Part shown: in pieces, positions 1 to 10,875 of the stretch
How positions within the stretch are numbered: the first letter of the stretch is position 1
How the letters are laid out: the number at the start of each line of letters is the position of its first letter
Origin: Chara braunii
Taxonomy: Eukaryota; Plantae; Charophyceae
Assembly: GCA_003427395.1 (NCBI GenBank)
Contig: BFEA01000002.1
Location: 2,122,100-2,176,010, forward strand
Reading direction: 5' to 3'
Length of the DNA stretch: 53,911 bases
The notes under the pieces: model-generated
What the model saw: the letters and a program-made list of their open reading frames with translations, nothing else
The model's database searches: none
Told to the model about the DNA's origin: nothing
Translations under genes and position numbers: made by a program

Positions 1-36
<36 letters not shown>
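1..36. repeat. (CA)n microsatellite
   Basis: Direct dinucleotide run at the window start. Confidence 0.97.
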
Positions 37-40
<4 letters not shown>

Positions 41-53
41 TACATTCTCTTGT

Positions 54-99
54 CTATTGATGGGGAGCGCCACTTGTTGGAAACTGGGTCCAGCGTCCC
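54..99 (-). mobile_element. Remnant of the conserved LINE 3'-terminal motif
   Basis: Reverse complement gggacgctggacccagtttccaacaagtggcgctccccatcaatag matches the motif found just before the poly(A) tails at 17711, 19837, 24412 and 25238. Confidence 0.7.
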
Positions 100-439
100 A
101 TGAACATCGTCAATAAAGCACCAACCGGGACCGCACACGCACTCTCTTCGAGTTATATATAGCGAACATGACAAAACATACATATAGCATAATCACTACC
201 TTACCCTTCCCGAACCACATAAACAAACGAACTACGGGCTGCGCACCCGTGCCCTCACGGTAAGTCAATCCTTGGAGGTTCTGGATGTCCATTGAGTTTT
301 CGGGTTGGTTGCCTTGCTGTTTGTGGTAACAAATTTGTTATTGAATTTGAGATTGCTAAGCGTGTTCAACTTTTGCTAGTGATGTAGATAATTCATTGCA
401 TCTTTTGGTAAAAAATATCAGTCCGTTGTTAAACAATGC

Positions 440-1133
440 GATTCGTCAGTCATGTTCTTCTCGAGTGGACTTGCAATATGTCCATACATCTGCAAGGTGT
501 CTGAAGAGAAGTATGTGTAAGAAGGAAGTGTTCAATTTGTAAATGCCCAGACCCTGGTCAAGCTTTTTTCGGGCATTAGTAATATGGCACACATCTTGTG
601 ATCGGCCCCTGGCCATGGACTTATAGCAAGAACCACTGCCCTTGAAGGACCCTATCCAGGTCCTCTGACAAAGGATCAAGTCGATGTGTGATTTAGTTAG
701 GTGCGGTGTATTTAAAAAGCAGGTGAAAAGTCTTTGTTGTGGGTGTGACCCACGGAAGGAGTCCGCCTTGTGACAAGTTGTCTTCCGTAACCGCGCTACT
801 TTCTGCGCGACATTGGTTTGGGGAAATGGGACGGGTCAGAGGGGGAGCAGTGAAAAAACGTGTCGGTCGAGCAAGTTGCATGGATACCCCCGTTTCTTTT
901 GTTTCTATGGGCGTCGGTCGGGTCGGTATCAGGAAAGTCTCACGCCGACGATTGAGTAACCGTGCCTCAGCGAGCGTGATGGACAACGGTTGCCATGACT
1001 TCTTTCTTGTTCTGCTGTGAGCACTAGAAATTTTAAGCGAGATTATCGCACGGGAATATCGTTTGTAAATTTTCAACTGATGTCGAGATCCTACAGGTTT
1101 GAGGAATTGTTTGTGGGTTTTTCGAAATTTCAT
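440..1133 (-). pseudogene. Degenerate antisense ORF of unknown function (cassette A)
   Basis: The 146-aa ORF 693..1133 can be read on in frame through a few TAA/TGA stops (..FKYTAPN*ITHRLDPLSEDLDRVLQGQWFLL*..). No recognisable domain. Confidence 0.3.
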
Positions 1134-1140
1134 TTTGCAA

Positions 1141-1482
1141 TCAGGACTTAGACGAGGAATTTAGGCGCTCCAAATTTTGTTGCGCCCCGCTTCTCACTTG
1201 CGCACACTTTGCTGTATTGGGAACTGGGCTCCGACTGGATCGCGCCTTTAATCTTGTGTAACTGTCGTTTTTGGCCGACGCGATTGTAACTGTATCTTTC
1301 TTCTTTCTTGATTTCCTCATATTTGCCCGCCTTCTTCTTCTTTGTCTTGCATGCTTAATACTCCGTTCTAATTGGCTTGAACGCATGTATGACCGGATCG
1401 GTGCACGAAGAGTGGCTACGTCCCCCACGCTGCAGCCTGACCATGCAGACGTAGGCACTTCCTCTTTTCTCCTCCTGACCAC
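1141..1482 (-). CDS. Small Arg/Lys-rich ORF (cassette A), possible positional paralogue of 14892..15332
   Basis: ORF track. Very basic, with weak collinear similarity to 14892..15332 (KNDSY/KKNSY, PN, ERL/QRL near the stop). Confidence 0.3.
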   Translation of the reverse strand: MVRRRKEEVPTSAWSGCSVGDVATLRAPIRSYMRSSQLERSIKHARQRRRRRANMRKSRKKKDTVTIASAKNDSYTRLKARSSRSPVPNTAKCAQVRSGAQQNLERLNSSSKS

Positions 1483-1783
1483 TTGGGCTTAATCCCGTAT
1501 CTTTCGCGCAAGCGCGCATGATATAAATTTTGCAAGCGCGATTAGTTTGCTCTCTATGAACTTTGGAGTTAGTGCGATAAATGAGGGTCGGCTAACGAGT
1601 CAACTTGAAGAGGTGAGTCGACAAGAGAGTTGGGCGATCCAACGAGCTGGTGTCGGGTATGCGGGGTTGACGTGCGGGCCGCGACGGGCTGTGGCGCACG
1701 GACGAACCTGGCTTGCATGCTCGAACCAATCAGGGTGACAACTCTATGTTGATGCGTGGCGACGGACTGTCCGCATCAGGGAG

Positions 1784-1785
<2 letters not shown>

Positions 1786-1856
<71 letters not shown>

Positions 1857-1921
1857 NNNNNNNNNNNNNNNNNNNNNNNNNNNNNNNNNNNNNNNNNNNN
1901 NNNNNNNNNNNNNNNNNNNNN

Positions 1922-1979
<58 letters not shown>
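1786..1979. repeat. (GA)n microsatellite spanning an assembly gap
   Basis: GA runs on both sides of an N run. Confidence 0.97.
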
Positions 1980-1981
<2 letters not shown>

Positions 1982-2600
1982 CTATGTGTGGGATGAGGTC
2001 TCTTCTGCCAATCATCTGTATATTTTTTATCTCTATTTTGGCCGATCTTGTTGCAGCGCTTTCGGGCTTCTTCTTGTACATCGTTTCGAGTTTTGTTTGT
2101 CGTTTTGCCTCGTGTGTATGCATGGAATGGATGCGAACCCTCTTCGAGTGTTTTTTTCAGATTTTTAATCATGTTCTGCAATGCCTGTTTAGTTCAAATT
2201 TTGTCACTTTATAGTATCCATCTGCGTCGTGCAATAATCCCGGGTCTGATTGGAAGCACTCGCTATGGATGTTTGGGTTTAATCGTTAGCTTTGATCGTC
2301 AATGCTGTGAGGTGTTGGCCCTTGATGCTTTCTCTTCGTCGCATGAATGGCATGGATGTGAATGCAATGTCTCGATCCCACCTGAAATAGTACTATGGGT
2401 AGGATAGTTGCATGCAGGTAGGACACAACCAATACACCGGCGCGAGGAACCCGCGGCTGATCAGCTTCCGCTCATGTGCACGCTCGCGTACGACCGTGAT
2501 CTCGAGGAAACCAAGTCGCAGCGTACGTGCGCGTCTGCATGAGTCGACCTCGATCTTGACTCATTATGAGGATGCGGGAGACCGAGTTCACTAATCGGAT

Positions 2601-3119
2601 ATGGCTGTAAAACCCCCCTCTTGGATCACCAATCGTAAGAGTCTAACGGACCCGGAGTATCGCGAATACTGGGGGGGTGAACAACTCAGACGGTGGGGAA
2701 ACTTGAGAAACCAGGAATTCCCTTGTTCGACGGAGAACGACCGACTGTGCGCAGGGCACTTTCACTGGGCCATAACCAACGATCCCCGGGGCCTGCACTA
2801 CCCGAATACTAACAACACCCAGTATTACATATCTTCGGGCCTCGTCGTTATTAATTCAAGTTTTCCTCCCTTCCATCTCCTCCTCCCCCACCATCAGCCG
2901 ACAGTGGTACCATGGAATTCCATAGCTCGCTATTGGGCCCCCACACCATGCGAAGAGTGTCGGCAGCACCAGGTGTATCGGACTTCGGGATTTATCCGAC
3001 GAACCCGAGCGAAGGTCGAGCGGCGCCGACAGCTGTTCGAACAGCGCGACAGCCATAGCGACCCACCGGTCCACCAGAGACGGGACCAACCGCGACGACG
3101 ACACTCATACCGTAGGTAG
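2601..3119 (+). CDS. Uncharacterised 172-aa CxxC-containing protein (cassette A), paralogue of 16663..17037
   Basis: Intact ATG ORF. GLVVINSSFPPFHLLLPHHQPTVVPWNSIARYWAPTPCEECRQHQVYRTSGF aligns with GFVIIDTHFPPYSLLLPFNELIVIPWSAVWPKTLCSDCQRFDHYQSKGF in the second copy although the DNA is visibly diverged. Confidence 0.7.
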   Translation: MAVKPPSWITNRKSLTDPEYREYWGGEQLRRWGNLRNQEFPCSTENDRLCAGHFHWAITNDPRGLHYPNTNNTQYYISSGLVVINSSFPPFHLLLPHHQPTVVPWNSIARYWAPTPCEECRQHQVYRTSGFIRRTRAKVERRRQLFEQRDSHSDPPVHQRRDQPRRRHSYRR

Positions 3120-5400
3120 CCCGGTCTCCCGAAGTCCAATATAACTCGGGACCACCATCTTGCTCAACTACCCCTAAGCTTGCCACCTGAGATCTCAGTT
3201 TTGACCTGGGACTCCACCCCCACTTTCCTAAAATCCTTGCCACACCCCTCTTCGCACTTTCGGGCCCCCTAACACTCCGAAACAGGAAGTTGCGCTGGGC
3301 GTGAGGTTGGTATCGGAGCTGACACGTGTCAAGACAGAGGATTGACAGGTGGTCTGGCTCCTCCAGTCAACGAATTTGGCGAGTCCTAGACGGGGACGAG
3401 CTAGACAGAGAGACGCGCGGACGCGCGATCCGATAATAACTAGAAGTCTCTCCGCTGGAAGACAGGGGGGTAACATGAATGCCAATTAGGTGCAAGGTGG
3501 GGCGAACCAACCGAATTTGGCTCCCCCGCAGCCTCCACGTGCTCGCGCCCCAGCCACCCCCCCCTGATTTATAACTATTTGATCCTGCACACCACTTGGC
3601 AGGAGCATGGCTTGCTACGCTGTCGGCGCGAATACCCTTACAAGGGTATCCGCACAATTTAAGGTGCCCGTGTGGATTCGTTTCCTTTGTGTTGATCAGG
3701 GAGTTGGTGTAATTGACGGACTGATTCTTAATCTTCTTTGATTAAACTAGGGATTTTTTTTTAAAGGGTCCGCCTCTTTGCCTGGCGTGTTGAATGGCGG
3801 TAGGCTTGGCGCATGGAATGACATGCGTGGTGACCACTGTACGATTGGGGCCCACCGACGCGGACGTTTAGTGGCCGTAGGTACAAATGCAGACTGAGGA
3901 ACGGCCCAGGGCGCTTCTTGGCCCTGAGCACTGCGCAGCAACACTTCATATAGGATTTCTCGCCTGTTTGTTTTAGGCTTGGGCTTAGCCCTATAGGTTA
4001 CGACACTGGATTGTTATTGCGGAGGTGCGAGGATCGACACCAACAGGCGATAACGTGGGAGCGACGGAGGAGTGAAGGAGCTGAGGGGTTGAGGGGTTGA
4101 GGGTCCTACGAGACTATTATCCCCCTTAGTTTTGTTGGGGGAATCCGAACGTCGGCCCGCTTGTTCGAATTTCTACTGATTTTTATTTTTTATTTTTAGT
4201 CTATTTTGGGCCGGTACCGGTTCCGAGCCCGGGCCGAGGGTCCATGAGCGTGACACGAGGGGTAAGCCTTCGGACTGTTGGACTACGGGCCCGCACTCGA
4301 ACTCGGGGGATGGTGGATTGTGCCCGGGCGGGGGCACCAGGGTCTTGGCCGTAGTGCCTAGGCTGTTGTTCGCAAGGAACCGAAATTGCCTCAACTTCGG
4401 TCTTCGGGGTTCTCATTCGAAGATTTACTATTATCACCAAGATCTGCACTGGGGCCTGCGTCACCGGGCCCGTGTTTCAGGTTGTGCAGCAGGCCGCGCC
4501 CTCCTACCCTTGGCGCGCTCAGGCGCCATCCGCTTTCGGGGCTGATAGAGTCGGCAGGTGAACTGTACTATTTCCTTGGCAGATTTCGACTCCCATTATC
4601 GCTGACCGACTGACTGAGCCAACCGGAGTGAGGCGGTGCCTGGGATATCGCGCAGAATAGCGCACGGGGAGAACAGGCATTAAGGGGGAACAGGCCGGGG
4701 GTTGGACGAAGTGACGAGAGGAAAGGGAAGAGTGGTTGGACCCGGACGGGAAGGTGTGGTGGGTACAGGCAGAGCGGGGTGCAGAGGTAGACACAAAGGG
4801 AGAGAAGGCCAAGGATGAATCCGGGCACGGTTCCTCGCTAGGTACTGGCGACGAAGGGAGATGGCGAATAGTGAGTTCGGCGCAGTCAGAAAAGCTAACT
4901 CGCCCGATCCTTAGCCGAAAGAGGCGAGGAAGGAGGCGTTTTAGGGCTTTTAAGGGAGGGCGAGTTCAACCATGAAGCTAGTTTTCAGAGTAAGTTGGTA
5001 GAAAGAGAGGTGGAGGGAAAAAAAAATCAGTGCGCCGGGATATGGAGGCCCTGATGAAAAGGAAGAGGGAGACGACTATATCTCGACCGATTCTTGACGA
5101 ATTCGGGCGGGATAAAGTGTTAGTTTGAGGTTTTTGGGCAGGGCGATCTCGATGGTATAGTTAGTTCTGAGAGTAGTTTATTAGATTTAGAGTTAGTAAG
5201 AGAATAGTTGTGCGGAGAGATAGTGAAGACAAGTATGGCAGGGCGTTGAATGCATTTGGCCGAGTTTAGCGGAAATGTTCGTAGTTTCTTTTGACCGCTC
5301 TGATGAACTCCGGAGATGCAGCATAGCCTTTCGCGTTCTAGTGAGAGCTTCATTGCGGATTTTCTCACGTTGTGAAGGAGAAAACGTATGGGCTGGTCGC

Positions 5401-5473
5401 AGGCAATCGAGTGAGTGAGCACGGCGGGCCAGTCGGAGGCAATTGAGTGAGTGAGCACGGCGGGCTCAGTCGG
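5401..5473. repeat. 36-bp tandem duplication
   Basis: aggcaat(c/t)gagtgagtgagcacggcgggc(t)cagtcgg occurs twice in tandem. Confidence 0.9.
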
Positions 5474-7549
5474 GTGTCGTGATATGCCCGCGCCTTACCA
5501 TTTGGAACTGGCCTGCAGGGGCACAACGGGCGATGTGGGATGAACCGGAGCTTTCGCCAGTAAGCGGCTAGGCTTGCTTCTTCGGACGACCTTGAGCAAG
5601 GCAGGAAAAGATAGCGGGAGGGGTGAACCTGGTCGTGGACCTTGCCAGGTGCGCGAGGAGTGAGACTGGAGATGGTGGGGAGACGAGCCAAGCATACTAA
5701 AGAATAGATATCTCGCGAGATTCTCGATTGGATCGGGAGATGCAAATGTGGAGGGAATGCGAAATAGAAGCCCCACTCGTTCCATAGTGAAATCGAGCGG
5801 GAGAAAATGCTAAGAAAGAACTTTTTGAAGGTCAGTGTATATCTCTCCGTTTTTGTGAAAGATTCGTTCGAGCCTGTTGTTTCGACCGCTGGAGACGGTG
5901 GGAGGACAACTGCAGAGTGAGGCACTTACCTGGCTGGGGCGCATCCGCAATCGTGGTGTCACGGGTCGCCTCCTCCTGCCACGTAACCACAGGGCTGTTA
6001 TCGGTGGAAGACTCGCTAGAGGGCGAATGGCCGTCTGCAGGCGTTCGTTGAAAGTATAGCGTTGCCATTGCCTCCGTGATCGTCCCCATCCTCGGACCGT
6101 AGTACTCCTTGCGGTAGAGGCGTTCGGTGGGAGGTGGGAACCAACAGGTGCGGGGTTAGAGACTTACCTGAGTACGGTGCGCTGCCCAACCCACCGATAG
6201 GAAGGAGAACTCACCTGCACAACCCGAGCCAAACCTCGAATGAATCTAGCTCGTGTCCCAGCGGCGGGTTCATCCTGATCCATGCTGCCAGGGCAAAACG
6301 GTTCGCCCAGCCAATACAAATTCAGCTCACCCGCTAGTCTGAACGCTGCCTGTTTGCTCGCTGGTGAAGGAACTGAAGACTGCTCGTCCGTTGTACAAAG
6401 CAGAGGGCGTGAAAGGGGACTTACCTGCTGAGCCAGTGAAACCACTTATCTTACCAACTGGAGTAGCAGAGATCTGAGCTGCCTACCTAACCGCTGGCCA
6501 GCACACTGTTCGCTGTTGAACGAGAGGGCGACAAAAGAGCGGGTTACGACATTGAAGCTTGCATGTCAGTTTGAGCGTGTTCCAGCCGAATCGTTGGACT
6601 GAGGCAGATAGAGTGCAGGGCTGGCAGCGGACTGACGATCTGTTAAGACTTGATAGGAACTGTTCGGCCAAGCAATCGTCGCCTACCACGCTTGCAGTGT
6701 GGCCAGCCAAGTCGCACTGATCATAGAGGAGAGGGGAGCAGGCTGCGAAGTGGCAGCCTCCTGTGCTGCCCTTTTGGTGTGGGATCCACAACTTTGCCTC
6801 GGCTGCAGTACTACAGCAGCGGTTGCTGAGGCTACCACGGGCTACTGCACTGCCTTGCGTACGGCTGTTCGGCGCCGTGTGATTGCAGTTGGACTACGGG
6901 GAGTAAAAGTGTGTTGTAGGGGGAGTGATCGGGCTGCAAGAGGAGATAGTGCCGCGAGTTGGAGGGGCGTCAGAGGGTCAAGCAGTTAGCAGTTTGACTT
7001 CTGTCTGATTAAGCTGTCGCTACATCCTGACCATCATTGCGGGACCCTCAGGCGCGTCAAGATTTGAAGGCCCTCTCTCGCGAGTCTGAGTGCACCCTCC
7101 TTGGATCTGAGAGTCCGAAACCCCTACTTTTGCCCTTCTTGCTCTAAGTCTAGTCTATTGGTTCTGAGAGGAAGGCGGCAGGCGGGATTGCAACCCGTAG
7201 GTCCGCATCAAGGCTCTGTGGGGAGTCAACCCACCGATTGCGGGAGCTCTACCGGAACTCGGGAGGAGTTCTGGAGGCAGGGAACTCAGAGGTAACCATT
7301 GTTTTCCCTTATAAACCCAATATAGCCCCTATCTGTACAACGCCCTATGTATTGACTGAGTGTTTTGCATACACCCTACTTTGACCTTAGCTTGACTTTC
7401 AGGACATAAACCAGAGTAAGTAAAGGAATGTGTGTATAATGACAGTTTCAGTTTTTTTCGTTGTCTGGAAGCAGATTGTAACAAGGGGTTGCATCAGGGG
7501 GAAGGTTGGGAGAAAGGAACTTTTGCTTGTGCTTGAACATGTCTTATAT

Positions 7550-8390
7550 GGTCAGACATTGTTTCTCAGATGAATGACCTGACTGCTGTGTTTTGTTCTG
7601 TTTTTTTAAGGGTCATGCATTGTTTCTAAGACGAATGGCTTGGTCGCTGTGTTTGTTTAATTGTCCCAGGCATTGTTTCTAAGATGAATGGCCTGACTAT
7701 TTATTCTGAGGGTTATTGATTGCTTGAATTTTAAGGGTCAGACATTATTTCTAAGATGAATGGTCTGGTCGCTGTTTATTTTGAGTGGTTTCTGAACAAT
7801 CTCTGGGTCTTGACCCAGGGTACTCTGTTTTTTTTTTATATATGCTGAGAAAAAGGGGTTGAGCATTGTTTATAAGACGAATGACTCAACTCTTTTGATT
7901 GTTTTATTCTGAAGGAGGTTCAAGCCAAAGGACTAGACATTGTTTCTAAGATGAATGGTCTAAGTCTGATGCCACAAAACTATAATGAGAACAAAGGAAT
8001 ATGATTCTCTATAATTCTATCTATCTATCTATATATACATATGAGAACAAGGCTAGCCAAACATTGTTTCTAAAACGAATGATATGACTATAGCCTTACC
8101 ACAAGTGAAGAGAGTATAACTAAGAGTTATAATTGAAGGTAACTTGGACAGGATGAGCATTGTTTCTAAGACGAATGGCTCAGCCCTACGCTCACTTCTG
8201 AAGATTAAGTTCAAAGAAATATATATAACTTGGCTATTTAAACAGTTCAGGGCGACTAAGCATTGTTTCTGAGACGGATGACTTAGTCATATGCCCAAAG
8301 AAGAGAGAAGTAGTTGTGCAACCTGTTCGTGTATAACTAAGGCAAAGAGTTGACATTGTTTCTAAGACGAATGACCAAGCTCAATGCCCT
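7550..8390 (+). repeat. Array of 10 conserved stem-loops (core CATTGTTTCTAAGAYGAATG) with variable spacers
   Basis: Cores start at 7557, 7618, 7671, 7743, 7864, 7938, 8062, 8158, 8261 and 8354. The flanks differ between copies but are self-complementary within each copy. Confidence 0.92.
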
Positions 8391-8694
8391 ATATAAGCAG
8401 GGTATAAAGGGTTAAATCATTGAGAGACTATGAACTATTGTTTGCCAAAAGGTAATTTGGGTTGGTGAGAGTACTTACCCTTGTGGTTTGGCTTGCATCT
8501 GGCTGAGTGAGATTACTACCTAGTCTGAGTTTCAGTTTGATAGGTAGTTGCTTTAGTGACTCGCCACGTGCTAGAGCGATAGGAGTTAGATTCAATTCCT
8601 GTATTTTCTGTGATAGCGTTTTTTTAATTAGATCAATTCTCGCATTGTTTTAGATCATTTAATCTACTTGGGCTTGTATAAATTTTGGTAAGTC

Positions 8695-9003
8695 ACTTTT
8701 CCTACCGGAAGCGCTGCCGAAATTTCTGCAAATCCAGGGAGTTGGTCAAATTTTGGCTTTCCAAAGTTCAAACTTGTCTGACTTTCATACACAACTTAGT
8801 AAAAATCTGGGAAGTCTCATTTTCTAAAGGGAGTGCTGCCCAAATTTTTGCTAATTCAGGGAGTTAGACAAAATTTGACTTTGGGAAGTCAAAAACTATT
8901 TTTGTTTTCATATTTCGGCTTATATAAATTCTGGACGGGCACTTTTCCTACGGGAACGCTGCCGAAAATTCCCTAATTTAGAGGAGTTAGGCTATATTTT
9001 GAC
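8695..9003. repeat. Degenerate ~123-bp tandem repeat, about 2.5 copies
   Basis: cacttttcctac.gga..gctgccgaaa.tt....aatt.agggagtt units at about 8695, 8818 and 8940. Confidence 0.8.
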
Positions 9004-10875
9004 ATGTGACGATTTTGGTAACCCACCCCGAATAGGAAGATCCTGCCAAAGACCTACCTTCTCTTTGGGCACTTTCTTAGAGGCAGACTCAGGCTTGGGT
9101 AAGTACAAACGAGTTGGTAAGATCGTGATATGAAGATTAGTCACCATGGACTTATAGGTTTAGCCTGGGAATTGGTCTATCTTGTGTTACAGACCCTCTT
9201 GATCGTTTGATTCAGGACTTGGACTAGTTTCAACTTGATCCCGCGAGGATCGCCTTCTGTTATCACTGATAACAGGTCGGTTGCCGATTCGTCGGTTTAC
9301 GACTCAATTCCAATTCACCCTCAATACTCAACCTAAAAGGCTTTAGCCCTGATGATTTTATTGTTTTGTTAAGGTTTCACCCGGACTTTTAATGAATGAC
9401 CATTTAACAAAGGTACTGAGTATGTAATTATGGTTGGTTGGATATGAGGCTGGGGCTTGCGTGGCTAAAGCGAGGGGTATGAGTATAGAGAGTGGTTGGG
9501 GTTGACTCCGTGTAATGCATGGACTCTTGTTTGACTCTTTGATGTGATTGCAGGTATGTTTTGTGATTAGGATTTTGGATTTGACTGCCTGCGATCACGC
9601 GTATATATATGGTTGTGAGGAGCCCCACTGTGATTGTGAGAAGTGATCGCCACATATTTACCCCCTGCATATATATACATGTGTACCTATGTTGGGAGTT
9701 CGCGTGGTCTGAAGGGCCACGCTTAAAGGTAAAAATTGAGGGTTGGAATCGAGGGAAGAAAGAAAGCGCCCTCTACATGGTCGTATGCTTCTTAGAGATT
9801 TCTTAGTCGGACGTTAGTTCTGGGCCTGGATTCGAGGTCCTTGTCCAGGACATCCCAGACCCTAGACTCTGCGGGGAATGGATTTTCCCCTGCGCAGAGC
9901 CTATCTGCCTTGCCCGTCGAGACACCCAACACTGAGGGCAGAAATGTCGCGAGGGCTGAACGGGATGTCCTTCAACCTTTCAATATCGTGAAGGGTAACC
10001 CATCACGTTATGATCCTTCAGCCATTCAATAGCGCGAGGCCGAAACTGCGATCACCGCGTATGACTAGCATCGCCGGCCGATGTAGGAAAGACTTGCAAC
10101 CGCGCAAAACTTTATATCAAAGTTTTGCGTGCGACGTTTCGCCGTCCTAGCGTCTAGAGTTATGGGATTAAGGGATTCATACCTATGCATGTCTGTTCAG
10201 GATCAATATAGGTCATTGGTGCCAATAAGAAAGGTCACCAAAGGTTGCGATTTTGGGATAGGGAGACCTTCAACCTATCCTTGCTTTTTAGAGTTAGTAT
10301 GGTTGGACGTTGTAGTCCGTGGTACCTGTCAAAGTCAAACCCCTTGACTCGCTGTCAGGCCGTAGGGGAAGGAGCTGGTCTCCAGGGCCATAAGAGGCAA
10401 TTGCCACCACAGGTATGAACCTGTGTACCACCCACTCTCCACAAGGTGCAGAAGAGGGTGTGGTTCTCAACCGCACCAAGCGGTTGTCCAACGTCGAGAG
10501 ATTGACCTTCCAGGCGCGTCTCAGCCGACACTTAAGTGTCCAATGCGACCCTCGAGACTAACGAGGGCCGCATGAGTATGGGTACTACATAGTACGCCAT
10601 CATGGCGACTGCTTGCGAACGATTGCATTGCTAGTCGATAGGGGTTAACCCTGCGTCCGCGCAGTTTTATACCAAGTCTCGTGCGCGTCGCCTATCCAAT
10701 TTTCACGTTGGAGAATTATGAGATGGTTACCAAGGGACTAGGAGCGTTGTCACATTGTTTGACGTATGTGTGTATGTGTTTTATTTTTGTGTCCGTAGTG
10801 TGGTGTATGCGTGGTGAGTGAGATACGTCCTAGTCGACTGACGCTGAGTCGCGCTTGGGACCTCAGCCCCCCAAG

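Noticed and set aside
1713-2214. ORFs with ERER/LSLS/X runs (also 26351-27086, 37165-37659, 39723-40395)
   Set aside because: Artefacts of microsatellites and N gaps.
3308-3319. PBS-like tggtatcggagc
   Set aside because: Not preceded by a CA LTR end and not conserved in cassette B.
7557-8373. Hammerhead ribozymes (minus-strand core has GTC..GAAAC)
   Set aside because: Only TTA separates GTC from GAAAC. There is no CTGANGA and no stems I/II.
7550-8390. CRISPR array
   Set aside because: Spacing is irregular (53-124 nt), the flanks pair within each unit, there are no cas genes, and the context is eukaryotic TE sequence.
10603-10610. tRNA-Arg-type PBS (ca|tggcgact)
   Set aside because: The position is plausible, but the match is only 8 nt and there is no partner LTR to confirm it.
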